Shown here: positions 1-10,635 of the stretch, piece by piece
Numbering within the stretch: the stretch's first letter is position 1
How the letters are laid out: each line of letters starts with the position of its first letter
Assembly (NCBI RefSeq): GCF_001194135.2
Contig: NC_068982.1
Span: forward strand, 3,044,365 to 3,088,487
Length of the DNA: 44,123 nt
Direction: 5' to 3'
Source: Octopus bimaculoides
Lineage: Eukaryota
Position numbers and translations under genes: made by a program
The notes under the pieces: generated by a model
Databases searched by the model: none
The model's input: the letters and a program-made list of their open reading frames with translations, nothing else
Told to the model about the DNA's origin: nothing

Positions 1-62
<62 letters not shown>
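1..62. repeat. (TC)n microsatellite
   Basis: Pure TC dinucleotide run at the window start. Confidence 0.98.
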
Positions 63-68
<6 letters not shown>

Positions 69-148
69 AAACACACACACACATATTATCTGCCATGGTC
101 ATAGATGGAACCTCTGTGATGTGGTGAGGGTCCATACTCAACAAACGT

Positions 149-265
149 TAGTTGCAAGCATTTCTATAAACAACCGACATGAGCGAGAACGTTATACCTT
201 AACTCGACAGAATTGAAGATCAATCCGTACCAATCAGCTCTACTTTGACTATTTTAACTCCATTA
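149..265 (+). repeat. Direct repeat copy 1 (~120 bp; partner at 931-1055)
   Basis: TAGTTGCAAGCATTTCTATA...GAATTGAAGATCAATCCGTACCAATCAGCTCTACT...ATTTTAACTCCATTA recurs at 931-1055 with few differences. Confidence 0.9.
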
Positions 266-820
266 CCAAAGCATCACTCCAAATACTTTTTCATCAAATC
301 TCCTATATATGTACGAATGTATACTAAGATATCGACTATTTTGATTTATTATAAATTATTTTATATTTGCTTATTAATTCTTACGTTTGTTTGGGTACAA
401 TAATCCTCTTAAATCCATTAGGAGACGTTGAGAATCTCATTTTCACCACAAAAGAATGTCAATGCCTAGAGTCGGTGCATTCAACAGTAAGTTACAAAAG
501 AACTTGGGAATAATTATAAAACTGATAACATCATTAACGCTAAATTCAAAGCCCATGATGGTAAGTTTCAGTAGTTTTTCATATATTTGTCACTTGTACC
601 AGAATGTATAATTTACGTTACTCTATTGCTATTAGTAAAGTTTCCTATATTTTCATTTTTATGGCATTCTATACAAAACTTTATTGCTACAAATTAATGT
701 CCTTTCGTTTAGTTTATTTTGTGTACTGCATTATAATGAGATGGAATTTCTGGCACTACGACGAAGGCTTCCAGTTGATCCAATCAATGGAACAGCCTCT
801 TCGTGGGATTAACAAATAAG

Positions 821-930
821 TAGCTGAGGATTCCACAGAAACTTGTGCACTTAACGTAGTTTTCAGGGAGATCCAGCGAGATACAGAATGTGACAAGGGT
901 GGCCCTTTGAAATGCAAGTACAGCTATTTC
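821..930 (-). mobile_element. Internal fragment of tRNA-derived SINE family A
   Basis: Aligns by eye to 31170-31270 (CATTCCACAG...TGCGACAAGGCTGGCCCTTTGAA) and to 1645-1740. Confidence 0.75.
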
Positions 931-1055
931 TAGTTGCAAGCATTTCTATAAGCAACTGACATGAGCGAGAACGTTATACCTTGACGTACCTACTCGACAG
1001 AATTGAAGATCAATCCGTACCAATCAGCTCTACTCTGACTATTTTAACTCCATTA
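931..1055 (+). repeat. Direct repeat copy 2 (partner at 149-265)
   Basis: Same sequence as 149-265 with an ~8-bp insertion after GTTATACCTT. Confidence 0.9.
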
Positions 1056-1140
1056 TTAACCATTGCACCAACAACCACCTTCAGCACCTTTTTGAATTCC
1101 ATGTGTCTAACACACGTGGGCATGCCTACAAAGTCAGAAG
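1052..1140 (+). mobile_element. CR1/L2-type LINE ORF2 C-terminal fragment
   Basis: Translates as IINHCTNNHLQHLFEFHVSNTRGHAYKVR; the TRGH-x-x-K motif is typical of the CR1-group ORF2 C-terminus. Confidence 0.5.
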
Positions 1141-1644
1141 CCTAGTATACCCATCATGACTACCCGTCTGATAAGGGTACACCAGTCACATGCATCACAA
1201 CCATATGTGCGCGACATGGCGATCTCATATCAAGATTAACAGCGCATAACCTTCCAGGTGAGGCCCAGTTAGAATTTTCTTCTGGTCGAGTAGCCCATCC
1301 CGCTCAAAAGGTACCTGAATAAGAGTTCTTTAAGGATGTTGAACGAAACGCCCATGTTTCCAGAGGTGAAATATCAAACACCCCAACGAATTCCTCTCAA
1401 CACATGGCTATGACGCTCCCCACTACTTCTACTCGTGATCAGAGATGCACATATTGACATACTCAACCAGTTATGGTCAAGCAATTGACAAGCAAATCTG
1501 TCGTATTGGGCAGAATATTTGCTGAATCCCATCTTTTATACGAAGACAAAACAATGTACATGATAACACTTACAATCAGTTGAAAAGCCATGAAAGCCAC
1601 TGCATCATCGCATTCATTATTATTATTATTATCCTTATTATTAT

Positions 1645-1853
1645 AGACACGTGTACCCTTAACTTAGTTCTCAGGAGATTCAGCATGGCACACAGAACGT
1701 TACAAAGCTGGGACTTTTTAATGCAGGTACAGTTAATATTTGCCAGTTGTGTGGACTGCAGCAACGTGAAATAAAAGTATCTTGCGAAAGGACACAATGT
1801 GCCGTCGGGAATCGAACTCATGACCCAGTACTCTAACCATTAAGCCACGTGCC
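1645..1853 (-). mobile_element. tRNA-derived SINE family A (5' part)
   Basis: Minus strand has an A-box-like TGGCTTAATGG and a B-box GAGTTCGATTCCC, followed by a TGTGTCCTT...CAAGATAC body shared with 31084-31407. Confidence 0.85.
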
Positions 1854-2399
1854 AACAGATTAATATAGGATCAAAAGAAATAGGACCACGCTAAGTTCGA
1901 TGGGTTTAAGTTTATTGAAATATTGCATTCATTAAAACAGAGTGGGCGAAGTAATTGGCTAATTGGAGGGAGTGACAGTTAAACCAGAAAAGAAAAAGGA
2001 GACGATAATACGTCGAGAAACAGTAATATGAAGGGACGGAGAAGTAAGGGTCGAATGGTGGTATGGGAAGGATTATAGAATAGGTTTGTTTAATTAATTG
2101 GAATTAGAATTTTTAAATGTGAACAGAATCAAGTTATTTAGTTTGTATTGAAATTGAAGATAACAAGCGATACAACAGTATCATGGATTCCTACAGATTT
2201 ATGGGACAAGACTTAGAACATTAATTTGCAAACACACACACACCCACACACACACAGTGGGAAAGAGTGTGAGCGAGAGATCTACTGAGTTTCCGGAGAG
2301 CAACAAATAATACCAAATATCGGCTTATTCTGATATAGTTTCGAATCGTGTGCGTGTGTATGGAATACATTTCTCCGACTAAAACAGTTCACCTGGTGA

Positions 2400-3300
2400 T
2401 ATCGAGGATCGAGCTCCTTGAATTAGACAAATTTATTGAAGGTTTTTGAATGAAAAATACTTTTTGCTGATATGTTTGTGGCATGCATATGGTTTGGTGC
2501 ATTGCATTTAAAATTTGGTCATCGGCTGGTCTTTAAATTTCAAAAGATGTTGTAAAAGATATGTGGCGTTTCTTTGCTGTGGATTGCTGAACTGATATAA
2601 ATGTTCAGTGTATTTGGTTTGAGGAGAACTGGTCAGTTAGGCTCAAGCAAATTCCCATGCTTCGAAGAGAATGCTAACCACTTCCCAAGACATTTACGTT
2701 TGTACCACACAAATCTGTATCAGCGCATTTAAACTAAAGTTGGTACGCCCAATAAAGATAAAAGCATTTGTCTTTGTTCACTTTTCCCGACGTCTCACCA
2801 AACAATATTTCCATGTTTCATCATATTTCTAAATATTTTTCGTGTATACTATATCATTTACGTCTTGTGAGGGGTGGGGGGTCTTCGTCTTGTCTGTTTC
2901 TGTTACGAGTTAGAATATTGAAGTTGTTGACCACTTCACATATTCCAGAAGCTTAATTTATAGCAGCAATAGCTGCAAGGCGTCCGAAATCTTAAGAAGA
3001 TCTGCACGTACCGGGGCAGTCCTGAGCAAACCTGACTTTTAGCTCACTGGACCACAGTGTATGACGCTGCAGATATCTGAGCGCGAGGACAGAGGTTTGA
3101 GTCTTCATGTCTTTGGTCCAACTTGTTTTGCTATATAGTTGCGACACTTGTACACTGCTTGGGACCCTTAGGGGTCGCCCGAGCTCTTTCGGCAGCAGGC
3201 GCGCTCACAGGTTTAGGACTTCCCATTGGTCGTATTTCGTATCCAACCAGCAACCCTACTCAGAAACCGGTCTGCGTCCTGTTACTTGCACGATTCCGAA
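2400..3300 (-). mobile_element. Heavily decayed L1/Tx1-like LINE (ORF1 zinc-knuckle remnant plus endonuclease remnant)
   Basis: Minus strand near 3110-3160 gives a frameshifted QC(Y)KCRNY..IAKQ(C) CCHC-like knuckle; near 2650-2690 a G-x-x-SILF segment resembles the APE GVAILF motif. Many stops and frameshifts. Confidence 0.4.
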
Positions 3301-3698
3301 GCGTTGACACAGATTGTTTGGTTATTTTGCTTAATTTTCCAAGTTGGATCCTGCACATTGCTTTCTTGTTTGGGGATTAAGCGGGGATGACGATTCCTGT
3401 TGGTCGACCACAAGTCACATGGTTACGGCGGACAAAGATGTGTCTCGCAGAGATGGAGATTCACTCGGATAGTGCTCGGTGAGTTGCCAGGGAGGACTCG
3501 AGCAAATACCTACAAGTGATGGATGCAGTAACATTGGAATTTATTTAGTTTTAATACATGCTTCAGATCCACATTCAAATCATTTTATCCATGATACAAT
3601 CCTCATCTTGCTTGTTAAGAGCACGAGCTACTAACCCCAATATTCCCAGTTCGATTCCAGGCAATAACCCGAATAATAATAATAATAATAATAATAAT

Positions 3699-4206
3699 AA
3701 GATGGTATAAACACACGCCAGAAAAGGTCACAGAAAACGAGAAAGCAACCATACTCTGGGATATGCCAATACACACAGATAGAGAAATAGACCAGATATA
3801 GTTGTCAAAGATCATGAAGAAAAAAAATGCTTTCTAATTGATGTATCAATATCAGCAGATGACAACGTTTCTCGAAAAGAAATGGAAAAACTTTCAAAAT
3901 ACAAAGACCTGGAAATAGAGATAACTCGAATGTGGAATCTAAAAACAGAAACAATTCCTATCATAGTAGGTGCCTTAGGTATAATAAAAAAATATTCAGA
4001 CAAATACATAACAAAAATACCAGGACTTACAAATATATATAACATACAGAAAATTGCACTACTGGGTACTGCACACATTCTACGCAAAACAATTTCAATA
4101 CAGTAAACATAAGAGCACCACAGCAAACCACAGCACATACCCAAGGCGCACAGAGCTGCGCTCGGTAGTGAAGTGAAAGCACGTTATAAAAATAAAACTA
4201 CTGAAC
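3699..4206 (+). mobile_element. 5'-truncated R4/Dong-clade non-LTR retrotransposon (restriction-like endonuclease domain plus 3' UTR) inserted in (AAT)n
   Basis: Reads RWYKHTPEKVTENEKATILWDMPIHTDREI/RPDIVVKDHEEKKCFLIDVSI...KYKDLEIEITRMWNLKTETIPIIVGALG...LLGTAHILRK*, with the PD..D REL motif and stop at 4104-4106. (AAT)n lies at 3672-3700 and 4207-4231. Confidence 0.92.
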
Positions 4207-4294
4207 AATAATAATAATAGTAATAATAATAAATGATAGCGATAAAATCGAAAAATACCTTAGGAATGAGAGCCCAGGATCGAAATTTCCCCAA

Positions 4295-4340
4295 GACACC
4301 TCAAGAAGGCTGCAGGGTATATCAGCCGAAACATTGTGTT
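4295..4340 (+). ncRNA. Minimal type I hammerhead motif, defective copy
   Basis: GACAC-CTCAAGA-A-GGCTG...CAGCC-GAAA-CATT-GTGTT; the core has G5>C and the palindrome is mutated relative to 25965-26010. Confidence 0.6.
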
Positions 4341-6560
4341 AACAACAAACAAGATGAGGACAAATATCCGACAAATGTAAATAATGTAAATAACATTTTA
4401 TCCATTGTTATTATTTTCCCTAGTTTTCTTGAAGACCGTATCTTTACGATTTGTGTTATATCTTCCCGGGATCGATTCCACCTCGGTTCAATACTGTTTT
4501 CATTAAATAGACTCCTCACACCTTTTATCAGAATCTAAATTCTGTTAACGGCATATCATTTACAATTATTTATCTATGCATTCATTTGTCATTTCTTACC
4601 TTTTTCTCTCTATCGCAGTATAATTATTATCCATTGTCGACAATTCTAATTAATTTTATTTAGTAAGCAGACATCCTATTAATACTGCCCCCAGCTTGTT
4701 TCTTCATGCTCTTTGACGGCGCCTGAACTGTATTCAATTCCTTCTTTCTACAGGTATTAAGAGCCGCTTATTCTATTCATTTGTTTGTCCAGTAGGTGGC
4801 GACATTGTTTTTTCTAAAGTATCCGTATGGTGTTTAAAGGTTAAGTTGTGCAAATTAAGCACTGCAGTTTTAGTAAACCTGTCCTTGCACAGACAGGCGA
4901 GATGTCTGTTTTACTTCGTGAAACAGGCGCTTTGCAACTTATTCACAACTTAACTATATAAACGCTTTCCGGTTCAATACACATCAATACACACCCGCAC
5001 ATATAAATGTGTGTATGTGCTTTGCTAGATGTATGTATGCATATTGTTGGATGTATATTAATCAATACATATTTGATTAAGAAAGATGGTATATCAGTCA
5101 ATACAAGATGAAAGAAGACAAACGAGTAAATACATGGTTATATTGATTAATTCACTGATTTATTGACCGATCAAGATATCAACATACAATTCGATCGTAC
5201 GCAAGATAACATGATAACATGTTGGTATCGATGCTTCACAATAATTAATCCATTTTAATTAGTTTCAGGAAAACATATCTATATGCACCGAATATATATA
5301 TCTAACTTCAGTTCTAGGTGGTTTGAGAATAAATGGCAAGACAAGTTTAATGGAACGCTAGGAAATCTAATTACTGTTCAGATCAGATTTCATCAAGTCA
5401 GAGGAAAGTGGTAGCACCAGCACTTTTAAAGAATAAGTTTGCACTGTTTGATAAATCTGCGTATGTCTCTTCCAATTCATTGAATGTCCTTATCACAATG
5501 TATGTAGATCTAATTCATGTAGGTAGAACCACAATAATCTGGCACCAACACTGATATATATACATATATATATACATAGAGAAGAGAGAGAGAGACAACA
5601 AAGAGTAAGCAAATGAACCACACCATAAACACTTTATAATCACAATATGTGTGTATGTATATCTGTACAAATACGCACACACACACACACACACACAAAA
5701 TGTCCATAATGCATGCAAATATTTGCGTATATACATATGTGTGTGTGTGTGTGCGCGCCCGCATTTGTCAGTGAGAGTGATTGTACATGTTTATATAAGA
5801 GTGGCAAAACTTAAAATAGCATGGATGATAAGGAGAAAGGCTAAAGGTATTTTTATTCAAGTAATGAAATTAAAGATAAACAGACCGGTAATGACACAAA
5901 ATTTGAAAAGCTTTAAAATAAACAATCCTGTCCAAATTATTACCATCGATTCAAAATTATTCTTGCAGACAGTGAAATACTTCCCCAATTCTACTGATTG
6001 TATATCAGATTCAATCAATTTGATGCCATTAGATTTCCGAGAGAATAGCCAGTAATTAAAAAAAATTATGCAATTACAATTTGCGATTATAGCTTCAATG
6101 GATATTCTATAGGAAAATTATCAAAGATATAAAGGTTGGTTTCGAGATGGTAGCTATTGTCCGCTTACTTCACGAGTAGAATTGATTAAGTACATTTCCA
6201 AAAGTAAACTCCGTGATTATCTGCCAACGCTTTAATACATAATCCACATACAATCATTAAAAACATAATCACAGATGCATTTATTAACTGGAGCATCATA
6301 AAATTAAATGAATTTCTAGGCTTATAGATTGAAATAACATTGAATATATGTCCTCTAGACTCGAAACATCAGTCTTCTGTTCCGACTAAGTTTTCCTTTA
6401 AATCTGATCTGCGATTTTTATTTGGTTGCGCAAATTAACTTTTTTCTCGTACATATTTGTTGGATATATAAACATGGAGGTGACTCTAGGCTTAATGATT
6501 CTATATTTTCGCATTCAAATCTTCGTAAGAATGCGGAAGCAATACGAATATAGTGGTTGT

Positions 6561-6779
6561 AATATTCGTTTCAAATTTTGGCACCAGGTCATCAAGTTCG
6601 AGATAGAGGATAAGTCGATTACATCGACCCCAGTCCTCCAATTGTACATATTTTATCGACCCCGAAATGATGAAAGGTAAAGTCGACCTCGTTGGAATTT
6701 GAACTCAGAATGTTAAAACGGACGAAATGCCGATAAGCATTTTGCCTCACCTGCTAACGATTCCGCTAGCTGACTGCCT
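6561..6779 (-). mobile_element. tRNA-related SINE family B
   Basis: Reverse complement contains GAATCGTTAGCA...CTGAGTTCAAATTCC...GGTCGACTTT.CCTTTCATC...TGGGGTCGATGTAATCGAC...CCAAAATTTGAAAC, shared with other copies in the window. Confidence 0.9.
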
Positions 6780-6810
6780 CAAATAGTGTTTGTAATATTT
6801 CTTCTCCGAA

Positions 6811-6927
6811 AAGTGGCGAGATGGCAGAATCGTTAGCAGGTCGGGCCAAATGCTTAGCAGCACTGTCTTTACGTTTTGAGTTCGAATTCCTCCGAAGTCG
6901 ACTTTGCCTTTCATCCTTTCAAAGTCG
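6811..6927 (+). mobile_element. SINE family B, 5' half, head-to-head with 6561-6779
   Basis: GGCGAGATGGCAGAATCGTTAGCA...GAGTTCGAATTCC...GTCGACTTTGCCTTTCATCCTTTC. Confidence 0.88.
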
Positions 6928-7365
6928 TACAGCAGCAAGAAGAGAGCACACTTGAACTGTTTTTTAGGTTGTGGAGGAAATGCAAATTCACGACCAGAAG
7001 ATTTGAACTCAGGACGTAAAGGTTTCTAAGTAAATATTACAAAGTATAATGTTGAGCAAAATTATAAGTCTGCCATGTTAGAATCGATCATAAATTTGTG
7101 TCAGTAACTCACGATGAGTCGAACGAAAATGAGTGACAAGAGACCAACATCGCCTGATCACAGGTTCAAAATGATGTTATGTGATTAAACTGAATGTTAA
7201 GCAGATATGTGACACTATGCTGACGCTAAGTGCGCAGCAGCGCTGTGGAAGGTAGATGCAAACACACACGCGCGCGCGCATACACTTATTTGTATACATA
7301 CACATGCAAACACACAGGCACACATATATATGGCTCAGTGCTTAAACACACAGACAAACATATAC

Positions 7366-7560
7366 AGCTCAGTGTTTAGAGTGTCGGGCTCACAATCATG
7401 AGGTAGTGAGTTCAATTCCTGGACTGGGCTGTGAGTTGGGTAACATCAGTGGTGTGGAGAAGGGAGGCTGGTATGCCTGGGTGACTGCTGGTCTTCCAGA
7501 AACAACCCTGCCCGGACTTGTGCCTGGGAGGGGAAATTTTTAGGTGCAATTATGTGACTG
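7366..7560 (+). mobile_element. tRNA-derived SINE-like element (family D)
   Basis: A-box-like GCTCAGTGTTTAGAG and B-box GAGTTCAATTCC, followed by a GC-richer body ending at a (TC)n run; single copy in the window. Confidence 0.6.
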
Positions 7561-7569
7561 AAAGAGGTC

Positions 7570-7655
7570 TCTTTCTCTTTATCTCTCTGTCTCTCTTGCT
7601 CTCTCTCTGTCTTTCTTTCTCTCTCTCTCTCTGTCTCTCTCTCTCTGTCTCTCTT

Positions 7656-7691
<36 letters not shown>

Positions 7692-7746
7692 ACTCTCTCT
7701 CTCTCTCTCTNNNNNNNNNNNNNNNNNNNNNNNNNNNNNNNNNNNN

Positions 7747-7794
<48 letters not shown>
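7570..7794. repeat. (TC)n and (TA)n microsatellites flanking a gap (N 7711-7746)
   Basis: Direct reading. Confidence 0.95.
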
Positions 7795-7804
7795 TAAATA
7801 ATAT

Positions 7805-7945
7805 ATATGCATGCATATATGGGTATGGGACGCCATCAACGGTGCAAATAACATGAAATACGTAAACAACGAGAAAAATGGAAAACAGGAAAGGTTAACC
7901 CAGAGAAAGGACCCTTCATCAGTTGTCAGGTGTCTATCTACTCCT
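7805..7945 (-). repeat. Interspersed repeat family E, copy 1 (partner ~35395-35590)
   Basis: On the minus strand both loci share ACAACTGATGAAGG, TGTTTTCCATTTTT and G.CGTCC...CC..ATATGCAT in the same order, then run into (TA)n-like repeats. Confidence 0.5.
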
Positions 7946-7961
7946 CATTTCCAGCATTCAG

Positions 7962-7999
<38 letters not shown>

Positions 8000-10415
8000 G
8001 CTTCAAAATTTGTAATGAGTAATTTCTTGCTAGTTTCGCCCTGCCTCTTTGCAATAATTATGCTGCAAGTATTGCATCATCATTTTGTTCTGTTGCATCA
8101 TCTTAAGGAATAAAATTTGGTCAGCATAGTTTTGTTGTTGAAGTTGAGTGACTTTGGTACATAATAAGGTGACAGGTAATGCTTTTTTCGTTTTTTTCAA
8201 GAAACTTTTTCTCAACTTTCACCCAATTGCAACCGAGGTTACTAATAAAATATCTGGATAATGTTTGGTGTTTAAAAATCAATATTCTTCGCTCTGTTGG
8301 ATTACGGAAGTCAATTTTTTTCACATACTAATGTCTAATCCGATAATTTTCATTCTTCAAATGGGGTAAAATGCGACATGACTAATTTCAATAATTTCTT
8401 GTCTGTAACTGCGTGGTGCCTAAATATATGGGAAAGAGAGGCACTCCAGAAGATTGTAAAGAAGTTAGAGAGAATATTTTATGTTGAGTTTCTTTGATTT
8501 AGTCGGGTTTCGTTAATTTTATATCAGGGGCCATTTCCTCCTGATCTTTCATGTGACAAAGATATTTGACATTTTGTATATTTTCTTTTGCATTTCGTAT
8601 CTTTCTGAGGTGTAAGGATTTACTTTGATTTGTATGAGTCTGATTTTACATGTAATTCTAGAGAATTGAAGGGGCAAGTTTTCCTATCTTGGCTCAATCA
8701 TGTTTCCCCAGCTAAATTTCTATTTTATTTGCCCAAAGAGAACAGTGATTGTTTTTTCAGACATACTTTTCAGATTATGCAATAATATTTATAATGCATT
8801 TAGAGAAGGTCATTTGTTTGGCTGATATAATTGTAGCAAGGTTGTGAACAATCATACAAAAATATATTTCTTCTCAAAATCAAAACAGCAGTAAAATGTT
8901 CTCATTGTGCCCCACCCCTTATATATACGCTGCATTTCAAATTATTAACGACGTAACATTTTTTTAAATTTCGTTTAAAAATTACTCTTTGGAATTCAAT
9001 GAAATTTCCACAGAATGATGGCAACAGCTTTAAGTGCCAATTCGGCACAGTAAGCGAAATCAATTGATACTGGCATATCTACACTCCTATTTGTAGTTTT
9101 ACAAATGGGTACGACCTTTTTCTAAATCTCTTGCCTACATTTTCCGTGCGTGTTTACATATAGTGAGTGATGTGTGGTTTTGGAGAGTTTTAACTCTTCT
9201 TTTAAGCAAACAAGTATATATTGCATCTAGACTTTTGACATACATACATACATTATGTAAACATTTATTATGAAAATGATCGTAAGATTAATTTATTTAT
9301 TTCAGCTTTCAGTCCATAGAGGAAAGCTGTTAATTTTTTTCAATTCGTTGACATATATCACTCCTGCTTTCATTATATAAAGTAAAAGTATTATGTTGTA
9401 CTCTTTTGTTTTACATTTTCTCATGCGAAGCCGTATTTAGTATAGAGATTGTTCTGTTGGTTTAGACGTAACGTGCATATAATTGCATCGGTTTTTACTC
9501 TTTTACTCTTTTACTTGTTTCAGTCATTTGACTGTGGCCATGCTGGAGAATTTAAAATTGATTGGAAGCATAAGCTTTGACCACACACTTTTTTGGAATC
9601 GATAAAGCTTTTATAATGAAGTACATTACTTAGCATACTTATTTAATTAAGTTCTCCAAATTGGTATCGACATGATTTGAAATCATGGTAAGAGACATAC
9701 GATGATCGTGTAAGGCACATATTTTGTCCGGTGTTCCAGCGATACAGCTGCCCATAGCGTTTTTATGTACTATAATTAACAGTTATTCAGACATTACGTG
9801 ACAAATACTTGGATAAATATTTTATTGCAATTTTATAGAAAATTTAGTCCATTGAAATTTGATTTTTATATACGTGAGAGTAAATTTCAAAGTTAATTAG
9901 CAATTAGACATAAAATTGTGTAAGCTGTAAATTAGTATCTTCCTTGCCGATATGTTTCGACATTTTTTAATGTCTCGTTAACTTCTGTTTCTTTAAAAAG
10001 TTAGCATATTAAAGAATTTAAAGAGCAGAAATTTGTTTAATAGAATCACGATAAGATGGTAAAGTCGCCTACATATGAGATACAAAACAAGAATTATTGG
10101 AATGTTAGTCATACAATTCACTTAATTCCATATATTGTTTGATTTTTAGATAGATTTTATAAAGGAGTATTTAAAATTAAAAAAAAAAATTAACAAGTTC
10201 TTGTTTAGGTATGTAGGTTGTTTGCGATGTTTTTACGTTTATGGAAGTAATTTGTGCACCTCAACTTACGTAAAAAAGGAAAATTTCACTACACTAAGTC
10301 TTCGACAAATAAAATATGCATTATTCCTATCTATTTAACATTATGGATAATTATAAATATATAGAAATAATACATTTCTAAATTTCTCAGAGAGATTTAA
10401 GCAGTAGTGATGCGA

Positions 10416-10635
10416 TAAAGTAGTTGTATGCTGTCAACTTAATGTGACAGTCCCATGAAGGGCTTAATACTACTGCTATTTAGCCCTAGGACGCTGCACA
10501 GCTTTCTGTCGGCCTTGACACATTTCTGTGTCCTTCTGTTTACGGGAAACGGTGCAGATTCCTAGGGCTAAATAGCGGTGGTATTATTCCCTTCATGGGA
10601 CTGTCACATTAAGTTGACAGCATACAACTACTTTA
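10416..10635. mobile_element. MITE / foldback element with ~83-bp TIRs, probable TA target duplication
   Basis: Left arm 10415-10499 (ATAAAGTAGTTGTATGCTGTCAACTTAATGTGACAGTCCCATGAAGGG...CCCTAGGA..TGCAC) is the near-perfect reverse complement of 10552-10636; TA at 10416-10417 and 10634-10635. Confidence 0.9.

Larger units (their letters stand above)
3614..4394 (+). mobile_element. tRNA-headed, hammerhead-bearing short element, copy 1 (head 3614-3671, (AAT)n linker, body 4247-4394), interrupted by a Dong-type LINE
   Basis: Head GTTAAGAGCACGAGCTACTAACCCCAATATTCCCAGTTCGATTCCAGGCAATAACCCG and body ATCGAAAAATACCTTAGGAATGAG...GACACCTCAAGAAGGCTG...CAGCCGAAAC both align to the reverse complement of 24992-25228. 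Confidence 0.8.

Noticed and set aside
1141-1530. GC-richer block that looks like an interspersed repeat
   Set aside because: No second copy in the window and no diagnostic motif, so it cannot be supported from this sequence alone.
4400-4560. Possible host exon (minus-strand frame ..SIEPRWNRSREDITQIVKIRSSRKLGK..)
   Set aside because: No recognisable domain, no convincing splice-site pair, and the ORF runs into the hammerhead repeat.
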